The notes under the pieces were generated by a model. The model made no database searches, was not told where the DNA came from, and worked only from the letters and a program-made list of their open reading frames with translations. A stretch of DNA of 64,000 bases, from assembly GCA_965242865.1 (NCBI GenBank), contig CBDETK010000013.1, positions 3,904,001 to 3,968,000 of the forward strand, in the 5' to 3' direction. Below, piece by piece: positions 38,654 through 47,212 of the stretch. A program made the position numbers and the translations under genes. Position 1 is the stretch's first letter, and every line of letters begins with the position of its first letter. Source of the DNA: Candidatus Latescibacterota bacterium (GTDB lineage Bacteria > Latescibacterota > UBA2968 > UBA8231).

Positions 38654-40855
38654 ATGACTACAACATCAAACGCCAACGGCGACAATCTGCTTTTCAATAT
38701 CAAGGCAGACCGAGACAAAGAGGAAGCCGATAAAAGGGCGAACGAGGCAATCCAAGAATTGCTCAGCCTGATCGATAAGGACCGCAACGTCGGCGACCTC
38801 ATCAGTATGGACTACGACACCGCGGAGGTGCTGATTCACGACAGACTACGACAGGATGTCGGCGGAGTGCCGCATGGGTGTCTGTTGATCGCCACTAGGA
38901 TAAGGCTAGACGCCGATCCCCCCGACCTCAACGATACTCAAACGTCCCTAATTTTGTTGCGCGCCCTGAAGGCAAGTCCCTTGCCCAACGATATAGAGAT
39001 GAAGCATGCTCGCTTGGAAGCGGGCCAGAGAGCAGCCCACACTTCCGACAATTGGGACGAGGGCGGCAAAACAGATCAGTTTACTTTAGACCAGATGCGC
39101 TATGCCGGGGCGCACTGCCGCATCCTAGGTACTTTTCGCATGAATCTCGATGAGGAAACCAAAAAGTGGAATCTTGAATACGGCGGCGACATAGATAATT
39201 TTTACGCCGGCCAAGGAATGAAGGTTTACAAACTCACTGGAGCCGCATTAGAGCGCATCGCCAATTACACCCTGTGGAAAGGAGCGAGCTCTGAGCCTGT
39301 GGAGATCGGCCAGATTCGCTATGCTGCCTCCATACGCAACTCTGAAACCGTGCCTGTCCGTATGGTCGCCGAGGATATTCTGGCTCAGCGAACTGCCCTG
39401 TTCGGCATGACCCGAACCGGCAAGTCCAACACCACTAAAACCATTGCCAGTGCTGTTTTTCGCCTGCGAACCATGAGAGATAGCCAACGGGTTGGCCAGT
39501 TAATTTTCGATCCTAATGGCGAGTATGCCAATGAAAACCCGCAAGACCAAGGTTGCCTCAAAAACATTGGCAATATCGCTCTTGGTTTAACCGAGGATGT
39601 AATCACCTACGGACTCAACCCGCATCCCAATGATGAGGATCGCAAAATCACCAAGTTCAATTTCTTCGGCAATCTCATACCAAACGATGCCAACAAGGCA
39701 GAACTGGACGAGCAGTTACAGAGCCTTTACCAAGGCAAAGAAATTATCAACGAGGTGCTGCGAGAGGAAGGGGCAGGATATATACAGGCTTTTATACAGG
39801 CTGACGTTGCCGCTCCTGAAAATATAGACGAACGCGGACAATCTGTGCGCTATCGGCGTTCCCTATTCGTGTACCGGGCGATCCTTGCCAAAGCTGGTTT
39901 CAGTTCCGCATGGCAAGGAGTACCGACCAAAGGGCTATTCAGCAAGGATATACGCGACAAGATGCGTAAAGACCCAACCCTTGCTCCATACGTTGACGTT
40001 GAGACTTCGGACAGTGGTAAACCGGACAGTGATAAACCTAAACCTAACACTTTGGACAGTGATAAACCTATGACTTGGGATCGCGCCGGACAGTTCTGCG
40101 AGAGTTTCGCCAAATGGGTCAATACAGACCCATTTAAAGAATTTGACAGAGATTATGCTCGCCGAAAGAATGGACGCCGTTGGAGTGACGATCGTCTGCT
40201 TGGATTGCTCAGCATTTTTGAAAATACTAGGGGGTTGCGCCTAATACAGAAGGCCCAGCAGTGGCACGATGTTGATTACAGCACCGATTATGCTAACGAT
40301 ATCGTGAAATACGTGCGCGAGGGTAAGCTCGTAATCGTGGACCAAGCACTAGGCAGTCCGCAGCTAAACGAACAAGCGTCTAAACGCATTATGAGACAGA
40401 TTTTTGGTGCACAGCAGGAAGCCTTCGTCAACCCGGAGCTCGATGAAAGCACTGGCGAATACAAGAAACCCGCTCCGGTCATCATTTACGTAGAAGAAGC
40501 CCATACCTTGCTACCCAAAGGGAACGAAACCGACACGACAAACATCTGGGCGAGAATCGCAAAAGAGGGTGCCAAATTTAACATCGGCTTGGTCTATTCC
40601 ACACAGGAACCGTCCACAATCCAGACCAACATCTTAAAAAACACCGAAAACTGGTTCATCGCACATCTCAACAATACCGATGAAACCCAACAATTGAGCA
40701 AGTACAACGATTTCGCAGACTTCATTCACAGCATAATCAAAGTGAATGAAACCGGCTTCCTACGAGTCCGTACCTTGTCCAGTCCGTACACCTTGCCAGT
40801 GCAAATCAACAAGTTCACGGCTCCGACGGAGACATCAGATGCCATATCAGAATGA
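38654..40855 (+). CDS. herA: HerA-family (DUF87) DNA translocase ATPase
   Basis: N-terminal HAS-barrel-like region; Walker A GMTRTGKS, IFDPNGEY, Walker B IYVEEAH, RIAKEGAKF, STQEPS. Confidence 0.88.
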   Translation: MTTTSNANGDNLLFNIKADRDKEEADKRANEAIQELLSLIDKDRNVGDLISMDYDTAEVLIHDRLRQDVGGVPHGCLLIATRIRLDADPPDLNDTQTSLILLRALKASPLPNDIEMKHARLEAGQRAAHTSDNWDEGGKTDQFTLDQMRYAGAHCRILGTFRMNLDEETKKWNLEYGGDIDNFYAGQGMKVYKLTGAALERIANYTLWKGASSEPVEIGQIRYAASIRNSETVPVRMVAEDILAQRTALFGMTRTGKSNTTKTIASAVFRLRTMRDSQRVGQLIFDPNGEYANENPQDQGCLKNIGNIALGLTEDVITYGLNPHPNDEDRKITKFNFFGNLIPNDANKAELDEQLQSLYQGKEIINEVLREEGAGYIQAFIQADVAAPENIDERGQSVRYRRSLFVYRAILAKAGFSSAWQGVPTKGLFSKDIRDKMRKDPTLAPYVDVETSDSGKPDSDKPKPNTLDSDKPMTWDRAGQFCESFAKWVNTDPFKEFDRDYARRKNGRRWSDDRLLGLLSIFENTRGLRLIQKAQQWHDVDYSTDYANDIVKYVREGKLVIVDQALGSPQLNEQASKRIMRQIFGAQQEAFVNPELDESTGEYKKPAPVIIYVEEAHTLLPKGNETDTTNIWARIAKEGAKFNIGLVYSTQEPSTIQTNILKNTENWFIAHLNNTDETQQLSKYNDFADFIHSIIKVNETGFLRVRTLSSPYTLPVQINKFTAPTETSDAISE
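40009..40070. repeat. Three imperfect copies of GGACAGTG(G/A)TAAACC inside herA (DSGKP/DSDKP)
   Basis: Copies start at 40009, 40024 and 40054. Confidence 0.8.
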
Positions 40856-42182
40856 ATTTGCCAGAAGCGATTCCCTCTGGCGTCTAATAGAAAGCGAAAG
40901 CGTCCGGGAGTTCCAAGGCATAATCAAACAGAGCGAGGGCCAAGAGCTACACGAACTACCAGCCCGGTTGGAACCACAGCGCGGCATCGGTAGCATAAAG
41001 CGAGTGGTCGCCATTGACGGCTCGACAGTAACCCACAAAGTCAAGAACGGCTATCCGGGCGCTGAGGCAGCCCTATTCAACTTGGCCGCCATAGTCATTA
41101 AGCTACAGGCAATACGCGATGTCTCGCGCAATTACATCCCTAGCCCCAGCGAAATGCGGGATATGGAGCAGTGCGAGACATTGAGTGCCGTATTTCCAGG
41201 CCGTAATATCATAAGGGAAGACGAACCGAACGACTCACCCAAACGGTTCTTCCGGGCGACTATCAGCAAGGAATTGGAGGCACGACTGGACCCGAAACAC
41301 GAGACACTGTTAGAAACATTACGTGCCATAACAACAGACCGATCCGGCGAGATAGACTGCCCACTTGACGACTGTCCGCTTGAGGACCAAAATAAGAAAA
41401 TCACGCTAGAGCAGGGCGATGGCACCTGCAATTGCAGGCGAGGCGAGATCATATACGAGACAGATGCTCTAAGAGCACACGAGCGCTTTGAAGAAAACGG
41501 TTCGAGCGAACAGGCTTTTACCGCTGTCCGTCAAGTGATAGAGCACCTTACTCTAGTGAACATCCTGAGATACTTTGAACGATTCGATAGCCTAGGGGTA
41601 TTCCAAGACACAGCATTTATAATGGACGGTCCTCTAGCTCTGTTCGGTATGCCGGCGTGGCTCAAGCATCACATACAGCGAGAAATTGCCCGCCTACATA
41701 AAAAGGTACAAAGGCATGGCGACCCTGGAATTATCCTGATGGGAATAGAGAAGTCGGGGCAGTTTCTAGATCACCTAGGTGAGTTGGACTATAAAGAAAA
41801 GGAAGGACCTCGGCAGCAGTTGCCTAACTGTACCGCATTAGCACCGGATATAGGATACATCCACAAGCATATCGTGCTACGGCCACCGAACGCCAAGCCA
41901 TATGGAGAAGCGACGTACTACGGGCGTAAGGTGCTGTATAAAAATAAAGCCGGGCAGCACTCAGTAGTAATGACGCCAATAGTGGACGACAAGGGACAAG
42001 ATCTGAATTGTGTCGACGAATCTGCTTATCCTAGAATAGGAGAGGCTCTAGATATTATGGACGAGCTTTCCACCCATCTGTACCGGGACGGCTTCGCACC
42101 GCTAGTGCGGGCACATGCTCATGCTGCCATCCCGCTCAAAACCGGCAGCAGAGTTTTAGAGAGGATATTCAGCGAGCAATGA
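40839..42182 (+). CDS. nurA: NurA-family nuclease (RNase H fold)
   Basis: VVAIDGS, IMDGPL, GIEKSG, YYGRK, PLVRAHAHA; probable start MPYQNEFA overlapping the herA end. Confidence 0.82.
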   Translation: MPYQNEFARSDSLWRLIESESVREFQGIIKQSEGQELHELPARLEPQRGIGSIKRVVAIDGSTVTHKVKNGYPGAEAALFNLAAIVIKLQAIRDVSRNYIPSPSEMRDMEQCETLSAVFPGRNIIREDEPNDSPKRFFRATISKELEARLDPKHETLLETLRAITTDRSGEIDCPLDDCPLEDQNKKITLEQGDGTCNCRRGEIIYETDALRAHERFEENGSSEQAFTAVRQVIEHLTLVNILRYFERFDSLGVFQDTAFIMDGPLALFGMPAWLKHHIQREIARLHKKVQRHGDPGIILMGIEKSGQFLDHLGELDYKEKEGPRQQLPNCTALAPDIGYIHKHIVLRPPNAKPYGEATYYGRKVLYKNKAGQHSVVMTPIVDDKGQDLNCVDESAYPRIGEALDIMDELSTHLYRDGFAPLVRAHAHAAIPLKTGSRVLERIFSEQ

Positions 42183-43327
42183 GACAACAATACGCCAAGC
42201 TGACAGCACCCCATCAACCGAAATATGGCACTGCAGCGAGTCGCTGGGCCGGCATCGGTCCTTATTATGCAATGTTCCCAACCGAGTTTGCTGATGCTGT
42301 TATAAGCAAATATACCCGTCTTGGCGAAACTATCCTCGACCCATTCGCCGGCCGTGGTACTGCCATATTCAGTGCCGCCATTCAGCAGCGTCCAGCCATC
42401 GGTATCGAAATCAGTCCCCTAGGCTACGTGTATGCTAACGCTAAACTCAAACCTGGGGACTACAAAAGAGTAGTACGAAAACTTGAAAAGCTGGGTGAAA
42501 CCGCTCACTTATATCGCTCAGAGGCGAATAACCTCCCACCATTTTTTCACCATTGCTTCGCTCCCGGAGTACTCGAGTTTCTAATCGCCGCCCGCGAAAA
42601 GTTGAAATGGAAACACGGGAGAGATGATCGAACTCTAATGGCCATCATTTTAGTATCACTGCATGGTAAACGGCTCCAGTCCCTGTCCAATCAGATGCGC
42701 CAGAGTACCTCAATGGCTCCCGATTACTGCATCCGCTGGTGGACAGAAAAAAATCTCGCCCCACCAAATATCGACCCAGTCGAGTTTTTCACCAAGCGCA
42801 TTAAATGGCGCTATGCAAAAGGAATACCCCAAACTGAAGATGCCATAGTCCACCTAGGCGACAGTATTAAAAAATTACCTCAGTTAGCCCGATATATCCA
42901 AAAACGCCAACAGTCCCAAATAAAACTCCTCATTACTTCTCCTCCCTATAGTAATGTTACAAATTACTACTACGACCAATGGCTCAGATTATGGCTATTA
43001 GGTGGTCCAGAATATCCCGGCAAACATGGTGATCTATATGGAGGAAAGTTTAGCAACTCCGAACGGTATTATCAATTACTCAACCGAGTCTTCGCTAGAG
43101 CGAAACGTATCCTTGCGAACGATGCTATTATCTACATCAGAACCGATCTCAGAGAGTCAACTCTCCATACCACACGGGCTGTTTTGAAAGAAACGTTCCC
43201 CGAAAAACACATCACCGATGAGATAGAACAACCCCTGAATCCTGCTCGTCAAACTAGACCGTACAGCCGCGGTGGAGCACCAAAAAAAGCCAATTGCGAA
43301 GTGGATATCATCCTAGAACCTCGGTAG
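42179..43327 (+). CDS. Site-specific amino (m4C/m6A) DNA methyltransferase, motif I before motif IV
   Basis: YYAMFP, motif I ILDPFAGRGT, GIEISP, motif IV LITSPPY; ATGA overlap with nurA. Confidence 0.88.
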   Translation: MRQQYAKLTAPHQPKYGTAASRWAGIGPYYAMFPTEFADAVISKYTRLGETILDPFAGRGTAIFSAAIQQRPAIGIEISPLGYVYANAKLKPGDYKRVVRKLEKLGETAHLYRSEANNLPPFFHHCFAPGVLEFLIAAREKLKWKHGRDDRTLMAIILVSLHGKRLQSLSNQMRQSTSMAPDYCIRWWTEKNLAPPNIDPVEFFTKRIKWRYAKGIPQTEDAIVHLGDSIKKLPQLARYIQKRQQSQIKLLITSPPYSNVTNYYYDQWLRLWLLGGPEYPGKHGDLYGGKFSNSERYYQLLNRVFARAKRILANDAIIYIRTDLRESTLHTTRAVLKETFPEKHITDEIEQPLNPARQTRPYSRGGAPKKANCEVDIILEPR

Positions 43328-43362
43328 CTATATGCACTGCCTTCGCATCCCGTGTACACGGG

Positions 43363-43389
43363 GCTGTGGATTACATAGACTATCATTGA
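43363..43389 (+). pseudogene. 3' remnant of HigB toxin
   Basis: GCT GTG GAT TAC ATA GAC TAT CAT TGA = AVDYIDYH*, the characteristic HigB C-terminus, directly upstream of higA. Confidence 0.65.
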
Positions 43390-43403
43390 TAGGGAGTGGA
43401 AAT

Positions 43404-43703
43404 ATGGCAATGCACGATCCTCCGCATCCGGGTGGAATCGTTCGACGGCAGTGTCTTCAGCCGCTTGGTCTGTCCGTGACACAAGCGGCGGTAGGGCTGG
43501 GCGTATCTCGTCAGATGCTGTCCGATCTGGTAAACGAGCGGACGGGCATCTCGACCGAGATGGCCATTCGCCTATCTAAGGCGTTCGGCTCTACGCCGGA
43601 GACTTGGCTCGGAATGCAAATGGCCTATGATCTCTGGCAAGCCCGCGAACGCGCCGAGCAGATTGAGAGCGAGGTATTTGAGATGCCGGCACCGGGCCAC
43701 TAA
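43404..43703 (+). CDS. higA: HigA-family addiction module antitoxin
   Basis: MHDPPHPG, LGVSRQ.LS.LVN, ISTEMAIRLSKAFGSTPETWL.MQ.AYDL; RBS GGGAG. Confidence 0.92.
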   Translation: MAMHDPPHPGGIVRRQCLQPLGLSVTQAAVGLGVSRQMLSDLVNERTGISTEMAIRLSKAFGSTPETWLGMQMAYDLWQARERAEQIESEVFEMPAPGH

Positions 43704-43728
43704 GTGGCCGGAAGCATTCGCACCGCGA

Positions 43729-43775
43729 GTTCGTGAAATGGGGCCTCTCTCAAACGGAGACCCCATTTTGCGAAC
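43729..43775. other. Long intergenic stem-loop
   Basis: GTTCGTGAAATGGGG pairs with CCCCATTTTGCGAAC (15 bp, two G-U pairs) plus an inner CTCT/GGAG stem. Confidence 0.6.
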
Positions 43776-43898
43776 AGACAGCACACAGCGTATCATTTTC
43801 AGCTTACTAGATGCCCACAATCCCGGACGCATCGGGAACACCAGCTAGGTGTCGCGTCCTTTAACAGCGTCAGCACCCGACAGACTCTCTAACGAACC

Positions 43899-44699
43899 AT
43901 GACCTTCGCCCTGCCGTTTATCACTGCCCTCGTCTCCGGGCTTTACACGTGCCTGTGGGGCGCGTTCAAAGACGCGCCTTACGAGGGATTCAAACCCAAG
44001 ACCTTTCCGCGCAGCATCTACTTCCACCTCGCAATTTTTTTGCCGTTGTATTTCGTCCCGTATTTCAGCGCACAATTCCAGCATCTTGGTCTCGTGCAAA
44101 CATTCTTCCTGATCATGGGCCTAGAGCGCTTTCTCGCCGAAATCTACAAGGGCTTCTTCCGCACGGAAGACCAGCAGAAGTACTTCGTTCCCTCGCGCAT
44201 TACCTTCTTTGGCCGCCCGGTCACCAGCGACTTCCTCCGCTATAGTGCGGGCGGTCTAATCGTCGCCATTGTCTTTGCCTTCTTGCTCGTCGCCGTGCCC
44301 GTCAAGAGCTTCTGGGCCTATCTGGCGACCGGGTATTGCACCGGGCTGCTCGTGGCCTTGGGCGGTGCTTATAAGGACGCGCCCTTCGAGGGATTCAAGT
44401 GGCTCAAATTCCAGCGCTCTGGGGTCGTCTTGGCCGCCCTGAGTCCGCTGTTTTACTTTCTCGGCAATCCCGAACACCCGGTCGGCTTGGGTTTTCTCAT
44501 TTACATGAACGGCGGGCTAGAGCGATTCACCGTCGAGTACTACAAGACTTACATCCAGCGCAATATGTCCGGGAAATTCCAACCCAACCTGCCCAGAATT
44601 CAGCGAGAATTGGACACCCGCGAAAAGTTCCACTACGCGGCCTTGGCGATCATCGCCGGGCTGGCCGCGCTCTACGCCTATGAACGCGGCGCACTATGA
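43899..44699 (+). CDS. Hypothetical polytopic membrane protein with internal duplication
   Basis: Repeated GA(F/Y)KDAP(Y/F)EGFK...F.RS and GLERF..E.YK motifs; several transmembrane helices. Confidence 0.7.
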   Translation: MTFALPFITALVSGLYTCLWGAFKDAPYEGFKPKTFPRSIYFHLAIFLPLYFVPYFSAQFQHLGLVQTFFLIMGLERFLAEIYKGFFRTEDQQKYFVPSRITFFGRPVTSDFLRYSAGGLIVAIVFAFLLVAVPVKSFWAYLATGYCTGLLVALGGAYKDAPFEGFKWLKFQRSGVVLAALSPLFYFLGNPEHPVGLGFLIYMNGGLERFTVEYYKTYIQRNMSGKFQPNLPRIQRELDTREKFHYAALAIIAGLAALYAYERGAL

Positions 44700-46167
44700 C
44701 GCAGTGGTCATTGGCTCCGGGTTCGGCGGCTCGCTGGTGGCCCACGCGCTGGTGCAATCCGGGCTAAAGACCGCGCTGCTAGAGCGGGGCCAATGGGCCA
44801 AGCGCGACGACGCAGACTGGGATCAGCGCACCATCCTGCTGCAAAAACGCTACGGCGCGGCCTCGCCCCTTTTGGTCAAGCAGTACGGCCGTCGCACCTT
44901 CCAGCGCGTCTATCCCAACGAAGTCGTCGGTGGCAACTCCGTCTTTTACGGCGGGGCGTCGCTGCGGTTGCGGCCGGCGGATTTTGCCCGCTGGCCCTTT
45001 TCCTATGCCGAGCTAGCCCCTTATTACGCCCGCGCCGAGCAGCTTCTCGGGGTACACGGAGAGGTGGGGACCGACCCCTACCAACCCCCGGGGTTGGTGG
45101 CCTATCCGCGCCGCGCTGTTGAGCTGAGTACACCGGCCCAGCGCATTTACCAAGCGGGGACGGACTTGGGGCTGCGGCCGTTCAAAATTCCGCTGGCGAT
45201 CAATTTTTCCGACCGCACCCGCCCTCTCTGCCTGCGCTGCATCACCTGCGATGGCTTCCCCTGCAAGGTGGAGGCTAAAAACGACCTGGCTTCCACTGTG
45301 CTGGCTGCGGCTGTGGCCGCCGGGCTGGAGATCGTCGTCGGCGCGGTGGCGCGGCGGTTGGTGCAGCGGGGGGGGCGCGTCGAGCAAGTCGAATACGTGG
45401 ACAGCACCTCCCGACAGGTCCACGCGCTCTCGGCCGACTTGGTGGTCTTGGCCGCTGGGGCACTCAACAGCCCGGCCCTGATGCTGCGCTCGGGATTCGA
45501 CCACCCCCTGATTGGGCGCTTTCTCATGCGCCATTGCAATGGGGTTGCCTGCTGCATCTTCCCCTTTCGCACCAACCCGCAACAGGTCTTCCACAAACAA
45601 CTCTGCTTTTCCGATTTCTACGAAGACCGGCGCGCGGAATTTGGCACGGCCGTGGGCGTCATCCAAGACATCTACACCCCGGCGCCCGCCATCATCCGGC
45701 ACCACACGCCTTGGGGCCTCAAAACCCTCGCCGGGCTGCTGGCCAGCCGCATGCAGAGTTTGCTCTGCATTGCCGAGGACGACCCGCGCCGCGAAAACCG
45801 CATGTCGTTGGCTGACGAGCGGGACATTTTCGGCTTGGAACTGGTACAAATAGAACACGCGTACAGCGACGCCGACTGCGGTCGCCGCGACCTTTTGCTG
45901 GCCAAGGCAGAGGCCGTATTGCGCCAAGCGGGCGGCCTGCTGCGCTACCGCTACCGGATCGATTCCTTCTCGCACGCCGTAGGCACCCTGCGTTGCGCCA
46001 CTGCGCCCGAGGAAGGCGTCCTCAATGCGGATTGTCGCTATTGGGGCAGCGACAACCTCTACGTATCCGACGGCAGCTTCATGCCGTCTTCGGGCGGAGT
46101 AAATCCAAGTTTGACGATTGCGGCCAATGCCCTGCGGGTCGCCGAGCGGATATTGGAGAAGCCATGA
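44680..46167 (+). CDS. GMC-family FAD oxidoreductase
   Basis: VIGSGFGG, LERG, VGGNS, LAAGAL.SP.L.LRS, HAVGT, DGSFMP, NPSLTIAANALR. Confidence 0.92.
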   Translation: MNAAHYDAVVIGSGFGGSLVAHALVQSGLKTALLERGQWAKRDDADWDQRTILLQKRYGAASPLLVKQYGRRTFQRVYPNEVVGGNSVFYGGASLRLRPADFARWPFSYAELAPYYARAEQLLGVHGEVGTDPYQPPGLVAYPRRAVELSTPAQRIYQAGTDLGLRPFKIPLAINFSDRTRPLCLRCITCDGFPCKVEAKNDLASTVLAAAVAAGLEIVVGAVARRLVQRGGRVEQVEYVDSTSRQVHALSADLVVLAAGALNSPALMLRSGFDHPLIGRFLMRHCNGVACCIFPFRTNPQQVFHKQLCFSDFYEDRRAEFGTAVGVIQDIYTPAPAIIRHHTPWGLKTLAGLLASRMQSLLCIAEDDPRRENRMSLADERDIFGLELVQIEHAYSDADCGRRDLLLAKAEAVLRQAGGLLRYRYRIDSFSHAVGTLRCATAPEEGVLNADCRYWGSDNLYVSDGSFMPSSGGVNPSLTIAANALRVAERILEKP

Positions 46168-47117
46168 AAAAGGTCTGTCTAATAGGGTGCGGCACCATCG
46201 GTCGCCTACACGCGAAAAACCTCGTCGGCCGGGTCGAGCTGTCGTTTCACAGCCGTACGCGGGCTAGTGCCGAGGCCCTCAGCCGTCAATGCGGCGGGGG
46301 GCAGGTGTTCGCCGCGTATGCCGAAGTCCTCGCCAGCGCGGTCGATGCGGTGCTCATCAGCTCGCCGCCGGATGCCCATTGCTCGCAGGTCGTCGCCGCG
46401 TTGGCCGCCGGCAAGGGCGTGCTGGTGGAAAAGCCTTTGTGCGCCACCGCAGGCGATTTGGCGGCGATTGCTGCGGCCGCCGCGGCCCATCCCGACGCGC
46501 TGCTGATGATCGCGGAAAACTACTACTACAAGCCCTTGCTCAAGCGGCTCAAGTGGATCATCCAGCAGGGTTTTATCGGCCAAGTGCAGCAGGCGACTCT
46601 TGGCAAGCACTGTACGCAGCAGACTGCGGGCTGGAAAAGCAGCTATGGCGCGTTGCTGGAGGGAGGGATCCACTTCGTGGCCCTCGGAGCGGACCTGTTC
46701 GCGGCCGCGCCCGAGCGGGTGACAGCCGAGTTTCCCGGGCACCGGGCGGGCGAGCCCGAGCGGAATTCAGTGGTGCGGCTCGAATACGCATCCGGCGCGG
46801 AGCTGGTGTTGCGCTATGCTTGGAACGCCTTCAGCTTGACCAAGGGCACCTTTCAACACGCGCGGATTTTGGGAACCGAGGGGCGGGTGATCTTCGAGTG
46901 CAATGGGCTGTACGTGCGGTTGCGGGGGCGGCGAAAGCGGCTCTACTTTCCGGGCGTGAGGGACTTGATGGGCTACCAGAGCATGACGCAGGATTTCTTG
47001 CAGTGTTTGCAGGAGCCGGGACGGAAGCCGTATTCAGACCTAGCGCGGGCTAAACGAGATTTGGGCATCGTGTTTACCGCGTATAAAGGATTGGTGCAGG
47101 GGCTAGCACCGGGGTAA
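46164..47117 (+). CDS. Gfo/Idh/MocA-family oxidoreductase
   Basis: IGCGTIG, ISSPPDAH, VLVEKP, GALLEGGIH; ATGA overlap. Confidence 0.9.
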   Translation: MKKVCLIGCGTIGRLHAKNLVGRVELSFHSRTRASAEALSRQCGGGQVFAAYAEVLASAVDAVLISSPPDAHCSQVVAALAAGKGVLVEKPLCATAGDLAAIAAAAAAHPDALLMIAENYYYKPLLKRLKWIIQQGFIGQVQQATLGKHCTQQTAGWKSSYGALLEGGIHFVALGADLFAAAPERVTAEFPGHRAGEPERNSVVRLEYASGAELVLRYAWNAFSLTKGTFQHARILGTEGRVIFECNGLYVRLRGRRKRLYFPGVRDLMGYQSMTQDFLQCLQEPGRKPYSDLARAKRDLGIVFTAYKGLVQGLAPG

Positions 47118-47136
47118 ATTTATTTGGCAAGTTTTG

Positions 47137-47170
47137 ACGCTGTTTGACATCGTGTCAAGCGTATTTTTAT
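47137..47170 (+). terminator. Possible terminator or operator between convergent genes
   Basis: Inverted repeat TTGACA-TCG-TGTCAA flanked by ACGC/GCGT and followed by ATTTTTAT. Confidence 0.4.
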
Positions 47171-47212
47171 AAAGGGCTTGATCGGGCCTCGCAATCAAGC
47201 CCTGCCTCCCGC

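Noticed and set aside
42179-43327. This MTase as the cause of CCWGG depletion
   Set aside because: It has amino-MTase motifs (SPPY), not the C5 PC motif; m4C/m6A do not promote C-to-T deamination the way 5mC does; and its target cannot be read from the sequence.
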